A stretch of DNA of 64,000 nt from Octopus vulgaris. Lineage: Eukaryota. Positions 13,623-27,100 of this stretch are shown piece after piece. Where the stretch lies: assembly GCA_951406725.2 (NCBI GenBank), contig OX597817.1:39866001-39930000 (forward strand), in the 5' to 3' direction. The translations under genes and the position numbers were made by a program. Position 1 is the stretch's first letter, and each line of letters begins with the position of its first letter. The notes beneath the pieces are model-generated. The model was not told where the DNA came from, ran no database searches, and worked only from the letters and a program-made list of their open reading frames with translations.

Positions 13623-16600
13623 TGTTATATTGTTATATTTCGGAATTATGTATATACTTTGATACTTTGATAGGTTTCGGCCATTATTGGCCCAGGCCAT
13701 GTCCAACTTAATAGCACCACCTGGTGAAGTCTTTCAAGTCAGAATTTGGGCACTATGGCCCACTCAAGTATAGAGTTATTGTTTACAGAGACATATCCGG
13801 GTGTAGGGGGTTTATCCGGGATTTCTTGAAGGAATCTGTCCAAAGACTTCTTGAACCCTATAGGGTCAGTTTCTGTTTTAATGTGTTTTGGTGTAATGTT
13901 AAAGAGAGCGGGGCCAATTGAGGTGAAATAATTGTGCCGTATTGTTGTTATGAGATGAGAGTGCGATTTTTGTTTTGGGCGGATGGCACGGGGCCCAAGC
14001 CTTGGATGTACCTTAAAGGTGATGCCAACATCATTTGGGCAATGCTGATAGAATATTTTCCACATCATGCAGATGATGTAGCGCTCACGACGACGTTGGA
14101 GAGAATAAAGTTTTAGCTTTTCTAGTCGACCCCAATAGTCGAGGCCTGTCATGCCATCTATCTTTTTTGTGATTGCCCTTTGAGGTGCTTCAACTTTTAT
14201 GATACCTTGTATTGTGTGGGGAGACCACAGTGGACAACAGTATTCAAGGTGGGGTCGGGCAAAAGTGGAGAAGAGAAGGATAATGGTGTGGATATCTCTC
14301 GACTGGAAAGTTCTGAGAATCCAGGAACACATTCTGCGGGCCATGTCAACTTTGGTGTTTATATGAGTGGCCCAGCTTATGTTGTTGTCCACAATTACTC
14401 CCAAGTCTCTGATGTTGTTGGACGCCGCAAGAGTTTCATCTGAAGGAAGGGAGTATGGGAGTTTCAGGGCATCCTCTTTTCCAAAGTGGATTAACTCAAA
14501 TTTATCCTCGTTCAGCAGCATATTGTTTTTTTCTGCCCATCGGATAACAGCCAGTAGATCTGACTGAAGGCATGTCCGGTCACTCGCCTCATTTATGACC
14601 TTCTGTAGCTTGGAATCATCTGCAAAAATTTTTATGTTGCTGTGCTTGATGATGTCATTAATGTCATTAATGTAAATGATGAAAAGAAGTGGGCCCAGCA
14701 CAGTGCCTTGCGGAACGCCACTACTGACTTTGGCTGGGCTTGATTTTACCCCTTCAACTACAACATGTTGAGATCTGTCTGTCAGGAAACACTTGATCCA
14801 TTTCAGTAACTTTCCAGAGACACCAATGTTGGATAGTTTTTTCAATAGGATCTTGTGATCGACCCTGTCGAAGGCCTTACTGAAATCAAGGTAGATGACA
14901 TCGGTGTTGGAGCCCTCTCCCAAAGCTCTCAAAATGTCATCAAAGTGATGCAGGAGCTGCGTTAGGCAGTCCCTTCCATTACGGAACCCATGTTGGTTGG
15001 AGATCAGCCGTCTGTTGCTTTCCAGAAATTGGGTTATTCGAGATCTCACCACCCTCTCAAATACCTTGATGATATGAGAGGTGAGTGAGATCGGACGGTA
15101 GTTCACTGCAAGGGACTTGTTTCCCTTTTTGAAAACTGGGACAACAGACTGGGACAGAAGGTTTTTGGAATATAGCCAGCATCCAGTGAGTTTCTTCACA
15201 GATTAGCAAGGGGAGATGCAAGTTGGTGTCGACACACCTTCAGGACACAAGCAGGGAACCTATCGGGGCCAACTGCTGATTTCGTTTATCGCCGCTAAGA
15301 CATCAGGGGCACTAAACGTTATGTCCGATATAGTGTGTTGGGGGTTGACATCACTGATACAGCCCAGATCAGCCATATCAGGATTGCTGAAAACAGAGCA
15401 GTATTGTTTCTGCAGTATCTCGGCCATGGATTTGGCATTATCTTGGAGAGTGCCAGTTTCGTCAATTAGAGGGCCAACAGTGGAGACAGTGACCCTGCGT
15501 TTCCTCGCAAATGAAAAGAACACTTTGGGGTTGAGTTTGATTTTTTCAATGGCCCACTTCTCCTCAGCTGATCTTTGGTTATTGATGAGGGTCTTCATGC
15601 ATTGTTGGAGGTTATATTTTTTGGATTCAAGCAGTGCGATAGCCGTCGAATGTGTGTGTTGCTGTTGGCAGTACTTTTGTTTGTTAATTTTTTTGTTCTT
15701 TTTATTTTTCTGATAATGGTTTTTCTGTTTTGGGGGATTCTGCACTTTTTGTTCACAGGTCTTGGTGGGGAGTGTTTTGCACATATGTCTGTGACGGTGT
15801 CTACAAAGATCTGCCAAGATGTTTTATGGTTGGTGGAGATGTGTGTATGTGTAAAGGACCAGTCAACATGTGATAGCTCGTTCCTGATTGCATCCCAGTT
15901 GGCATTATGGAGATCCATGTTGTCAAATGGGTGGGCTGGAGAGGAGGTCACTAGGATTAGCTTTCGGCTGGTGGAATTTCATTTACAGAGAACCATGTCA
16001 TGGTCTGAAAGAAGGGTTTTTTCCACTGTAACGTTATGTATAGTGTTAGTGTGGTTACTAAACACTAGGTCCAAAATGTTCTGATGTCTTGTTGGTGCAA
16101 GGACAAGTTGGGACAAGAAAAACTCATTCGTAAAGTCGAAAAGTGACTCTGCTGCTTCTTTGTCAGCGGTTGAGGCGGGAGTGCTTGGTTTCAAACAGTT
16201 TGTAGTCCAGTCAACACAGGGTAGATTGAAGTCTCCCATCATGAGTATGTTGCTAGAATGGCACTGTTGAATAAAGCACTTAATGCTGTTGAGGCATTCT
16301 TTAAAGCACAGTATGGGTGTTTGGGGCGGCCTATAGAGCCCAATTACTGTCAGGTCATTGGCTTTGTTGTGCACGGTGACTGATTCACAGTAGCCGTTGG
16401 AGAATATACTATTTCCATCTGCCGTAAATGAATCATGCAGGAAAATGGCAGTTCCACCCTTCCTCCTGCCGATACGATCCGCGCGGATGGTTGTGAAATT
16501 CTTCACTCTCACTTCGGCTTCCAAGTGGGAGTTGTCAAGGTGGGTCTCAGTGAGAATGAAGAAAGGGATGTGGTGTGAATGGTTACCAACCCAGTCTTCA

Positions 16601-17267
16601 ATGAATTGGACCTTCCATTTTTGTGCATTGATGGAAGGGCTGACACCTTGTGCATTGAGTAGGAATGTGGAGGTTAGTGTAGTGGCTGGTTTTGACTGTT
16701 GCAGGGGGCTTGGATTTTTTGTGTGTGTTAGTGGCAGCAATGTGGGGAATTGGTGCACTGGGGTAATAGCATAGGATGGTGTTGAGTGATGGCTAGAATG
16801 TTTTTGTGTATCTCTTTTGCCATGTTCAACATGGCTAAAAAAGAATTTTCCTGCTTAAGGAGCAGTTTTTGGCTGGAGGTGTGGTTGTACTGTTGGATAG
16901 GGTTGTAGTTTCCACTTTTGATGTTGTTGTTGTTTTTGTGTCTTCCTGAAAAGACTGGACCAGCATTACTGCAGCATGGTGTGTTTCTATTTTTATTTTT
17001 ATTCAGGTTTGTGTGTTGGCTTGAAGCCCCGTTTCTGTTTGTGCATCGGGTCCCTGGAAGATGAGTGAAGGGACAGTCACTCAGCAGACATGTTCTCTCA
17101 CGTTGGGAATACCGGCAGATTTTGGGACTCCGAGTTGTGTGTGTTTTGAATTTCGATTTACTATTTGGTGGTGTTGATGTTATTGTGGGATGCGTGCTTT
17201 GGCCTCGGCCGGTAGGCTCGAAACGTAAAAGACTTGTTTTATTTATATTCCTGAGCGCCATACTAAT

Positions 17268-17315
<48 letters not shown>

Positions 17316-18103
17316 CATGTATATATATTATGTATATATATATATGTATATATATGTATATACATGTATATATATTATGTATATATATGTATATATATGT
17401 ATATACATATATATATATTATGTATATATATGTATATATATATGTATGTATATATATATGTGTATATGTGTATATATATGTATATAACGGGAAGCTTTAT
17501 GAAAATAAACAAAAGACGAAGGTATGTGGAATACAAACAAACAATTGTATTAGTATGGCGCTCAGGAATATAAATAAAACAAGTCTTTTACGTTTCGAGC
17601 CTACACTCTTCAACAGAAAGATACACAGAAAAGAAACACGGAGAGAAACAAGGAGAGAAAAAAAATACGTGCAGAGGCTAGCGAATCAACATGGCGATGT
17701 GTGTATATATGTATATATATGTGTATATATGTATATACATGTATATATATATATATATGTGTGTGTGTGTATATATATATGTATATATATATGTGTGTGT
17801 GTGTATATATATATGTATATATATATGTGTGTGTGTGTATATATATATGTATATATATATGTGTATATATGTATATATATGTGTATATATGTATATATAT
17901 GTGTATATATATATGTATATATATGTATATATATATGTATATATATGTATATATATATGTATATATATGTATATATATGTGTATATATATGTATATATAT
18001 GTGTGTATATATATATATATGTGTATATATGTGTATATATATGTGTATATATATGTATATATATGTGTATATATATGTATATATATATATATGTATATAT
18101 ATG

Positions 18104-18134
<31 letters not shown>

Positions 18135-21100
18135 ATATATATGGGTGTGTGTGTGTATTTATGTGTGTGCAAATCTTTGTGTCTGTGTTTGTCTCTCTTC
18201 CCCACCAACCACCTGTGTTGGTTTGTTTATGTGCTCATAACTTGGCAGCTTGGAAGAATAAATGGTAAAATAAGTACCAGAGTTTCGAAAAATAAGAACT
18301 GAGTTTGATTTAATTGACTAAACCTTCATGGCAGTGCTCCAGCCTGGCCACAGACCAATGACTGATACAAGTAACAAGAAACAAAAAATAATATTATTAT
18401 TAGTAATTGTATTGTTTCTGTTCTTTCAAAAATGCAAAATTGGAAAAAAAAAAAACAACATTCTCTTAAAATATTTTTTGTATTTTTTAAAGAATCTCTG
18501 TGGTGAAGTTAACACTGGGAAGCAACTACTGGAGCAGACACATAATATATGTGATGCCGTTTTACCATGCACTGCAAAATTGGGACAAGTCAAAATACAA
18601 AAGGAATTGAAACAAATGGACCAAGATTATAAGGATTTCAGTAATTCTTTGAATGAAGTTGACAGTAAACTCCAGAAATGTGTTTTGGAATGGGAGAAGT
18701 TTGAGACAGCAACACAGAAATTTGACAGCTGGTTGAAAGATGGGGAAAAATTCCTCTGCACAGATATCCCTATGAAAGCTGTTTTGCAAGAGAAGAAACA
18801 ACTTTTGAAAACATATCAGGTATAACGTATGATTTATAATATAGTAATAAAGTCAAAACAAATAGGTATTACTACTTGTTTCCATAGCATAATTTCATTT
18901 AGAATATGGTGCATTATATAATTTGGCAATTGTATTACTGGTACCCCATCAGTTATGATGACAAGTGTTCCAGTTGATCTGATGGACAAAACACCCTGCT
19001 TGTGAAATTAACACACAAGTGGCTGAGTGTTCCTCAAACATGTGTACCCTTAAACCTTTCATTACTGTATTTATTTTGAGATGCTCTGTATTTTTTTCAA
19101 TTACTTTAAATATAACAAAGAATTTAGTAAAATAACTTAGTTATCATTCAGCTAGTGTTGAGAGCATAAATTGTGATTAAAGTTTGGTGGAAGATTTTAA
19201 ATCAAAACTTATGAAAACAACACATTTGTACTCAGAGCCAGAGCCGGTTTCAGCCAAGTTGGTAATGAAAGGGTTAACATAGTTCTCAGAAAGGTTCTGT
19301 GCAACACAAAATGTGACAAAGCTGGCCTTTTGAGGGCAGTTATATGCAAGATCATATAACGTTATATAAGATCATATTCTTGTAAAGTGCCATTTCCACA
19401 GATCATACATCATTGAATGTTTTTTAAGCAATCCTCTCTTTGTTTTTCACTAATCTATAATATGTGTAAGTAAGTACCCCTCTCCTGACAATTCTGTTTC
19501 AAGTCCTAGAATTTGTAGTGTCAGTTACTCAGTTTCCAAGGTATATAAGTGGTTGACATCACAACATTACTCTGAACAAGATGCTAATCTGTCACAGGGT
19601 TACTCATTTACACCTAAGTGAACTGGGGCATTATGAAATGAAGCATTTTGCCAAAAAACATTATGCACCCATGGGAAATGAAACCATGATTTTTTTTTTA
19701 TCATAAGGGCTGCATCCTAACCACTAGGCTACGTAGCTTCACCTGTAATATATACTGTATAATATATAATTTACATGTTGTAAAAAGCACTGGTGCTATA
19801 TATAAAGTACCCAGTGCACTTTGTGAAGTGATTGGTGTTAGGAAGGGCATGCAGCTGTAGAAATCATGCCAAAACAGACAGATGAAGCCTTGTATGTCAC
19901 TTCTGACTTGCCAGCTCCTGTCAAACTACCCAACCCATGCCAGTATGGAAAACTAATGTCAAATGATGATGATGATGATGATATATAATCGATAATTATC
20001 ATCGTCGACTCCATCATCATCATCATCGTTATCATCATCATCTTCATCATTTTAATGTCCTCTTTTCTGTCTATTTAATTTGTTCTCAGGACTTTAGTGA
20101 AGAAGTGACATCTAATCAGAAGGAACTTGACACACTGAGTGAACGTGCACAAATACTGCTGCAGACAACATCTGATACAGCTGTTTCTTATTCTATGACA
20201 CAGCTCACCTCTCGTTTCCAAGTTGTGGTCAATAAAACTAAGGTAAAAAAAATTTTTTCTATTTACTTACTTTCTACATTCTAGGACATACAGACATAAA
20301 AAGAATAAGACATAGAAAAGCATATCAACAAAAATGTTCTCCCTCATTCGCACTCTTATGCATTCTCTCCATCTCTGCCTCTATAATTATATACACTTGT
20401 AGACATACATGCATGCATACACATGTATATTTATGCAAATATGTGTGTGCCTACACACGCATATATATACATATAAACACACACGTATTGCCTTTTACCT
20501 TTTACTTGTTTCAGACATTAGACTGTAGCCATGCTGGAGTGTATATACATATATGCATGCATACACACATACACAGAGAAAAGATATAGATGTACACACA
20601 CACACACACACAAACACACATACATATATTAAAACTTAAAAGCATTGCATTGATTGAATAAAGGAATCAGTAATTCTGTGAAGTCCAATAAACTCATAGC
20701 CAATGTGTCTGACTTGATACCATGTACAATGGTAGTCACAAGATAGTCACAATGGTAGACTACAATGTGTAGTCACAAGCAGACATAGACACCTTCATGA
20801 ACCTTCTCTTGACCCAGTGGAACATCTAGGATGTGATAACCAGATGGAAAGAGGGCTACATCAGCACTAAATTAGTACACACTTTTCAGTGGTATCAACT
20901 GGAGAAACTTAAAGTAAAACTTAAAGTATAATGCATTGCCTTGCGTGGGAATCAGTACCACAACTCTTTGATCATAAGTATTACACTCTAACCATCAGAC
21001 CATGCATCTTTGTAGGGCTTGATGTGTGTGTGTTTGTCTGTCTGTCATTGTTCAGTTTTATTTCAAGATTTCTTGCCAGTAGGGTAAGAGCCAGTTTCTA

Positions 21101-22184
21101 ACCTACATTCAATGCTCCTTCATTGGAATTTCAACATCAACAACAGGGTATTTTTCAAAAATGTATGTATGTATGTGCACATTTGCAAATTCATACATAA
21201 ATCCAAATACATGTAAAATAGTTGCTTATGTGTGTTTATCTATCTATATTATATAATATGTATGTGTGTGTGTATATTATATATATACATGCATATATTG
21301 TTTGTTCCTTCTCAAGCCATGCCTGGCTCATAAGGGCCGGTTTCCTGGTTTCCTTGGCATATAGGTTCCCCACCTGGACGGGATGCCGGTCTGTTGCAGG
21401 TGAGCTGCAAGATGCAGGAGGAAAGAGTGAGAGAAAGTTGTGGCGAAAGAGTCAGAAGAAGTTCGCCATTACCTTCTGCTGGAGCCACGTAGAGCTTAGG
21501 TGTTTCACTCATAAACACACACATCGCCCAGTCTGAGGTTCGAACCCTTGATCCCACGACTGCGATTCCGTTGCTCTAACCACTAGGCCATATGCCTCCA
21601 CTATATACATATATGCATATTATATGATATAGATAGATAGATATAAATACACATAGCTACTTTACATGTATTTGGATTTATGTATGAATTTGTAAATGTG
21701 TACATACATACATACATACACACACACAACCTGGATTATGAATTGAAGATTGTCTATACCTACAATTTTTCCTTTCCTTATACTTCATTCATATATATAT
21801 ATATATGTGTGTGTGTATATATATATAAAGATTTTGCTTAGGTACAGTGATACTAATAACATGGTGTTAGATCTCAATGTACATATGCTTCTGAATAAAA
21901 TGTTAGTTGAGTACGGAGCATAATATGAAATTAAATAAATGACAAGAGAACAGGAATTATGTAATCAACTACATTAGCTTACAGCTGTTTCTGCTATTAG
22001 ATGCAGTGCAGTCGGAGCTGAGTGCACATGCATCACCTTATAGCTTCTGCACAAGCACTCAGTTCTCAGTGCAGTGCATCTTGTAAGCTGGTATAGTTGA
22101 TTAAATAATTCCAGTTTCCTTATCATTTTATTTTGCATTGTACATGCACACACACAGAGACACGTGCACGCACATGCTCACACA

Positions 22185-22224
<40 letters not shown>

Positions 22225-22703
22225 GAACAAAATATTACACATGTAAATATATGTGTATGTGTGTATGTATATATATATATATATATAAATATAAACATAC
22301 ATTCATACATATGAATAATTAAGTATAAACACATAAGCATACATACATGCAAAATCTTAAGTACCACATACCTAGCTTTGACAGGCAACATATATATTAT
22401 TTTATCACCTGGAACCATCATAAATGTATTTGTTGTATGCAGACATATTTTTAAGGATTCCCAGTTATGTAACTGTTTGAGCCTAAACTATTTACAAACT
22501 TAATGATGGCATCTGTTAATTTTTTTCAACAGTATCCTGAACATTTCGTCATTACTACATCAATATTCTGCAGGCTACATCAACGTAAACTCAGTCTTCA
22601 GTAACCCACTGACATTTAGAAAAAACAAATGTAGATAAACATTGACACTTGGTAAAAACACTAACAGTAAAGATTGAAGTACACACTCACACACATTGTA
22701 TAC

Positions 22704-22734
<31 letters not shown>

Positions 22735-23251
22735 GCAAGCAACGTTATATATACATACGTGTGTACATATAAATATTAGAAATGCTTGTTTTAAATGACT
22801 TCTTTTTATATGAGTTTTGCAGATAGATGTGTATCTAACCATCCATCTTTATATATAATTTGTTTACATATATATATATATAGGTATATATATGAAAATA
22901 TATGTGTGTGTGTGTATATAGATAGATAGATAGATAGATATATACATATATAATGTAAATATATATATATATATATACTATATATCATATATGTATATAT
23001 ACTAATGTAAATATATAAGGATATATATATATGATATGTATATATGAAGATATATATATATATAGATAGATAGATAGACATATACATATATATAATGTAA
23101 ATATATATATACTATATATCATATATGTATATATCCTAATGTAAATATATAAGGATATATATATAATTATATATATGTGTGTGTGTGTGTGTGTTTGTAT
23201 GAAGATATACATGTATATATGTATACACACACACACACACACGCATATCTT

Positions 23252-23287
<36 letters not shown>

Positions 23288-24098
23288 CACACACATCATC
23301 ATCATCATCATCATCACGGACGCAAAATGATGATGATGTGTGTGTATGTATATATATATATATACAAAGATATGCATGTGTGTGTGTGTGTATGTATGTA
23401 TATATATATACAAAGATATACATATGCATGTGTGTGCATGTATAAACATAAAGAGAATATGTTTATATATAAAGAAATATAGAACCATAGTTATTGATAT
23501 TACTGTTTTTGATTACTTGTTTTACGCATAACATTAGCAAACATATATGTGCATGCGTATGTGTGTGTGTATATATGTATATAAGCATACATACATACAT
23601 ATATATATACAATTCTAGATATATATGCACATACTCATATGCAATAACATTAAAATTTGTTGGTTTAATATGAATTTTAGGATCGAATCGTTCAATATTA
23701 CAAAGTAAAATTTTCAGAATTGTAATATATTTTGAAATAGCACAATTTAAACACATGCACACTCACACACATCATGCAACACACACACACCATACAACAC
23801 ACACACACGCACACACACATAGACACTTGCATACACACACGCAACACATACACACAAACACCTACACAGATTGATTCAGGAGCCCCTTTTGATTTTATAC
23901 ATTTAAAAAAAATGCTAGATTTGTTATAATATTGTCAATACATTTCTATATACATGTGTGTGTATGTATGTATGTATGTATGTATATATATGTATGTGTG
24001 TGTATATATATATATATCTATGTATGTGTGTATATATATATATGTGCATATCTATATATGTATATATACATGTGTGTGTGTATATATATATGTATATA

Positions 24099-24181
<83 letters not shown>

Positions 24182-27100
24182 ATATATATGTGTGTGTGTG
24201 TATATATATATATGCGTATCTATATATGTATGCATGTATATATGTGTGTTTATGTGTATGTTATTTTTTATATTTTAGCAAGATGTCATTATCACAAGAT
24301 GAGAGTATGTTCATTCTCCAAAAAACGGTAGAATATATTAGCTTAGAATACTACAGGTTTCATAGTGTTTCATGCCAAAGCACTTATCAAACTAAAAAAA
24401 TCCCACCACCAGCTAAAAAAAAGGTGTCTTATATAGCAAAAAATAAATGGAATATTTTTGAAAACTCCCATTAAGCTCACATGATTACTATACATATATT
24501 TGAAACCCTGTAATAATAGATTGAGAAGATGGCATCTTTTGTATTATATGTGTGTGTACAGGCATAGAAAATGTGTTTGCTTACACACACATATACATAC
24601 ATACATATATACACACACACACACACATATATATAAACATGTGCACTCGCACACAACACATAGACATATGTACACACACAGATTGATTCAGGAGTCCCTT
24701 TTGATTTTAAACATTTTTTAAAAATACCAGATTTGTTATAATATTGTGAAAATGGAACGGCTGTGTGGTAAGTAGCTTGCTTACCAACTACATGGTTCTG
24801 GGTTCAGTCCCACTGTGTAGCACCTGAGCAAGCGTCTTCTACTGTAGCCTTGGGCTGACCAAAGCCTTATGAGTGGATTTGGTAGACGGGAACTGAAAGA
24901 AGCCTGTCTTATATATATATATATATATATATATAAGGTTAATCCAAACGGGAAAACAGAAAAAACAACAACACGTGGAACAATTACAGTATTATTATTA
25001 TTAGGCGCTCAGGAAAATGGAAGAAGGAGGGTATGACGTTTCGAGCGGAGCTCTTCGTCGGACACATAAGAGAAAGAAAGAAAGATCCCGAGACGGGAGG
25101 ACAGGAAAAAAAATTGCAGGTCATCTTCACGAGGTCACATACTGAAAAGACAGAAGTAGTAAAAAAGGAGGAAAATGTTTTTTTAAAAACAGGAGAGCTG
25201 AATCAAGGAGGGAATGGTAAAAAAGGTGTTGTGAGATGACCGTGTGTGTGTGAGTGTGCGTGTGTGTGTATGTGTGTGTATGGTGGACAATGGCTAGTAG
25301 TAAGCAGTAGTAGAATTAAAGGAGTGGTGTGGGGGTACCCTAGCAGGTCAGAAAGGCAGATCAGAAGCAGGGAGGTATGTGTGTGTGCGTGTGTATGTAT
25401 GTGTGAGTGTGTGCGTGTATGTATGTGTGTGTATGGTAGACAATGGCTAGTAGCGGGTAGTAGTAGAATTAAAGGAGTGGTGTGGGGGTACCCTAGCAAG
25501 TCAGAAAGGCAGATCAAAAACAGGGAGGTATGTGTGTGTGCGTGTGTATGTATGTGTGAGTGTGTGCGTGTGGTATATGTCCAGCGTGCGTAGTTGTGTG
25601 TGTGGCAAGTAAATTTGAAGTGTGTGTAAGTGTAATGTGTATATATATGCAAATGTGTGTGTGTATGTGTGTGCGTGTGTGTACAAAAGGGGGGGTTAAG
25701 GGAAAAAGAACTGCAGCGAAGGGGGGAGAGGAGGGGGAAGATGGAAGAGTGGTCCCGCGGCGACAGGCGTGGGAGAACCCAAAGACAACGCGCCGGCCCC
25801 AGATACGGACAGGAGATCCGGTCGGTCAACCATGAGCGTGGTGCAAGCGTGCATGTATGCGTGCATGAACGTGCACAAGCGAGCATGTGCGCGCGCCTGC
25901 GATTGCGTGTGTGAGTATGTATGTGTGTGGATGTGTGAGTGTGTCTGTGTGTAAGTCTGAGTGTCAGTGTGTCCGATGAATGTATGTAAGTATGTGTGTG
26001 TGTATATGTGTGTGTATAGATGTATGTCCGTGTGTGTGTGTGTGTGTGTATGAGTGTGTATGTATGTACGTATATATTTGTGTGTCTGTGTTTGTCCTCC
26101 CACCATTGCTTGACAGCTGATGCTGATGTATTTATATCCCTGTAACTTAGCGGTTCAGCAAAAGAGATTGATAGAATAAGTACTAGGCTTACAAAGAACA
26201 AGTCCTGGGGTAGATTTGCTCTGTTAAATGTGGTGCTCCAGCATGACCACAGTCAAATGACTCAACAAATAAAAGATATATGTATATATCTTTATATATA
26301 AAAGTGAAGTTGTGTGTCTGTCTCCTACGATTTAGATTCCTAACTACTCCCACATTTTGCGGTGCAGTGTAACCAAAAGCGGGTATCTTATAGTCGTGAT
26401 TCATATCGAGCCCTTCTGGGTATTAGCACGCGTCTACGATGAGTCTACGATTTAAAAAAAAATTTACCATAATTTTTTCCCATTTTTAATGCATTTTTTT
26501 TACTATTATCTAAGGGAAGTAACTCTCTAAAAATGTATTATTAAATCTCAGAACGTAAAAAGCTACAGTAACACCCCCCTTTGTGGTTAGCCATATTGAG
26601 ATGGCTATTATACTTTACATCTCTAAAAATGCTTATATAGTTATTTCCCTCACAAACCTGAGCAACGCCGGGCGATACTGCTAGTCTTTATATATAAAAG
26701 TAAGGTTGTGTGTCTGTCTCCTACGATTTAGATTCCTAACTACTCCCACATTTTGCGGTGCAGTTTAACCAAAACTGGGTATCTTATAGTCGTGATTCAT
26801 ATCGAGCCCTTCTGGGTATTAGCGCGCGTCTACGATGAGTTTACGATTTTTAAAATAATTTACCATCATTTTTTTCCATTTTAATGCATTTTTTCGCTAT
26901 TATATAAGGGAAGCAACTCTCTAAAAATGTCTACGATGAGTCAACGATTTAAAAAGAAATTTACCATCATTTTTTTCCCATTTTTAATGCATTTTTTTGC
27001 TATTTTTTGGCTATAACTCTCTAAAAATGCTTTATAGTTATTTCCCTTACAAACCCGAGCAACACCGGGTGATACTGCTAGTATATATATATATATATAT

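Larger units (their letters stand above)
13655..17211 (-). mobile_element. CR1-group non-LTR retrotransposon (APE + RT), 5'-truncated in ORF1, ORF2 disrupted
   Basis: APE motifs LNAQG, TETHL, YRPP, GDFN, LDLVF, SDH (15979-16758). RT motifs [32 protein letters not shown] (13739-15199). In-frame stop near 15980 and frameshifts at about 15620 and 15160-15280. Short TATCAAAG-repeat 3' tail. Confidence 0.92.
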
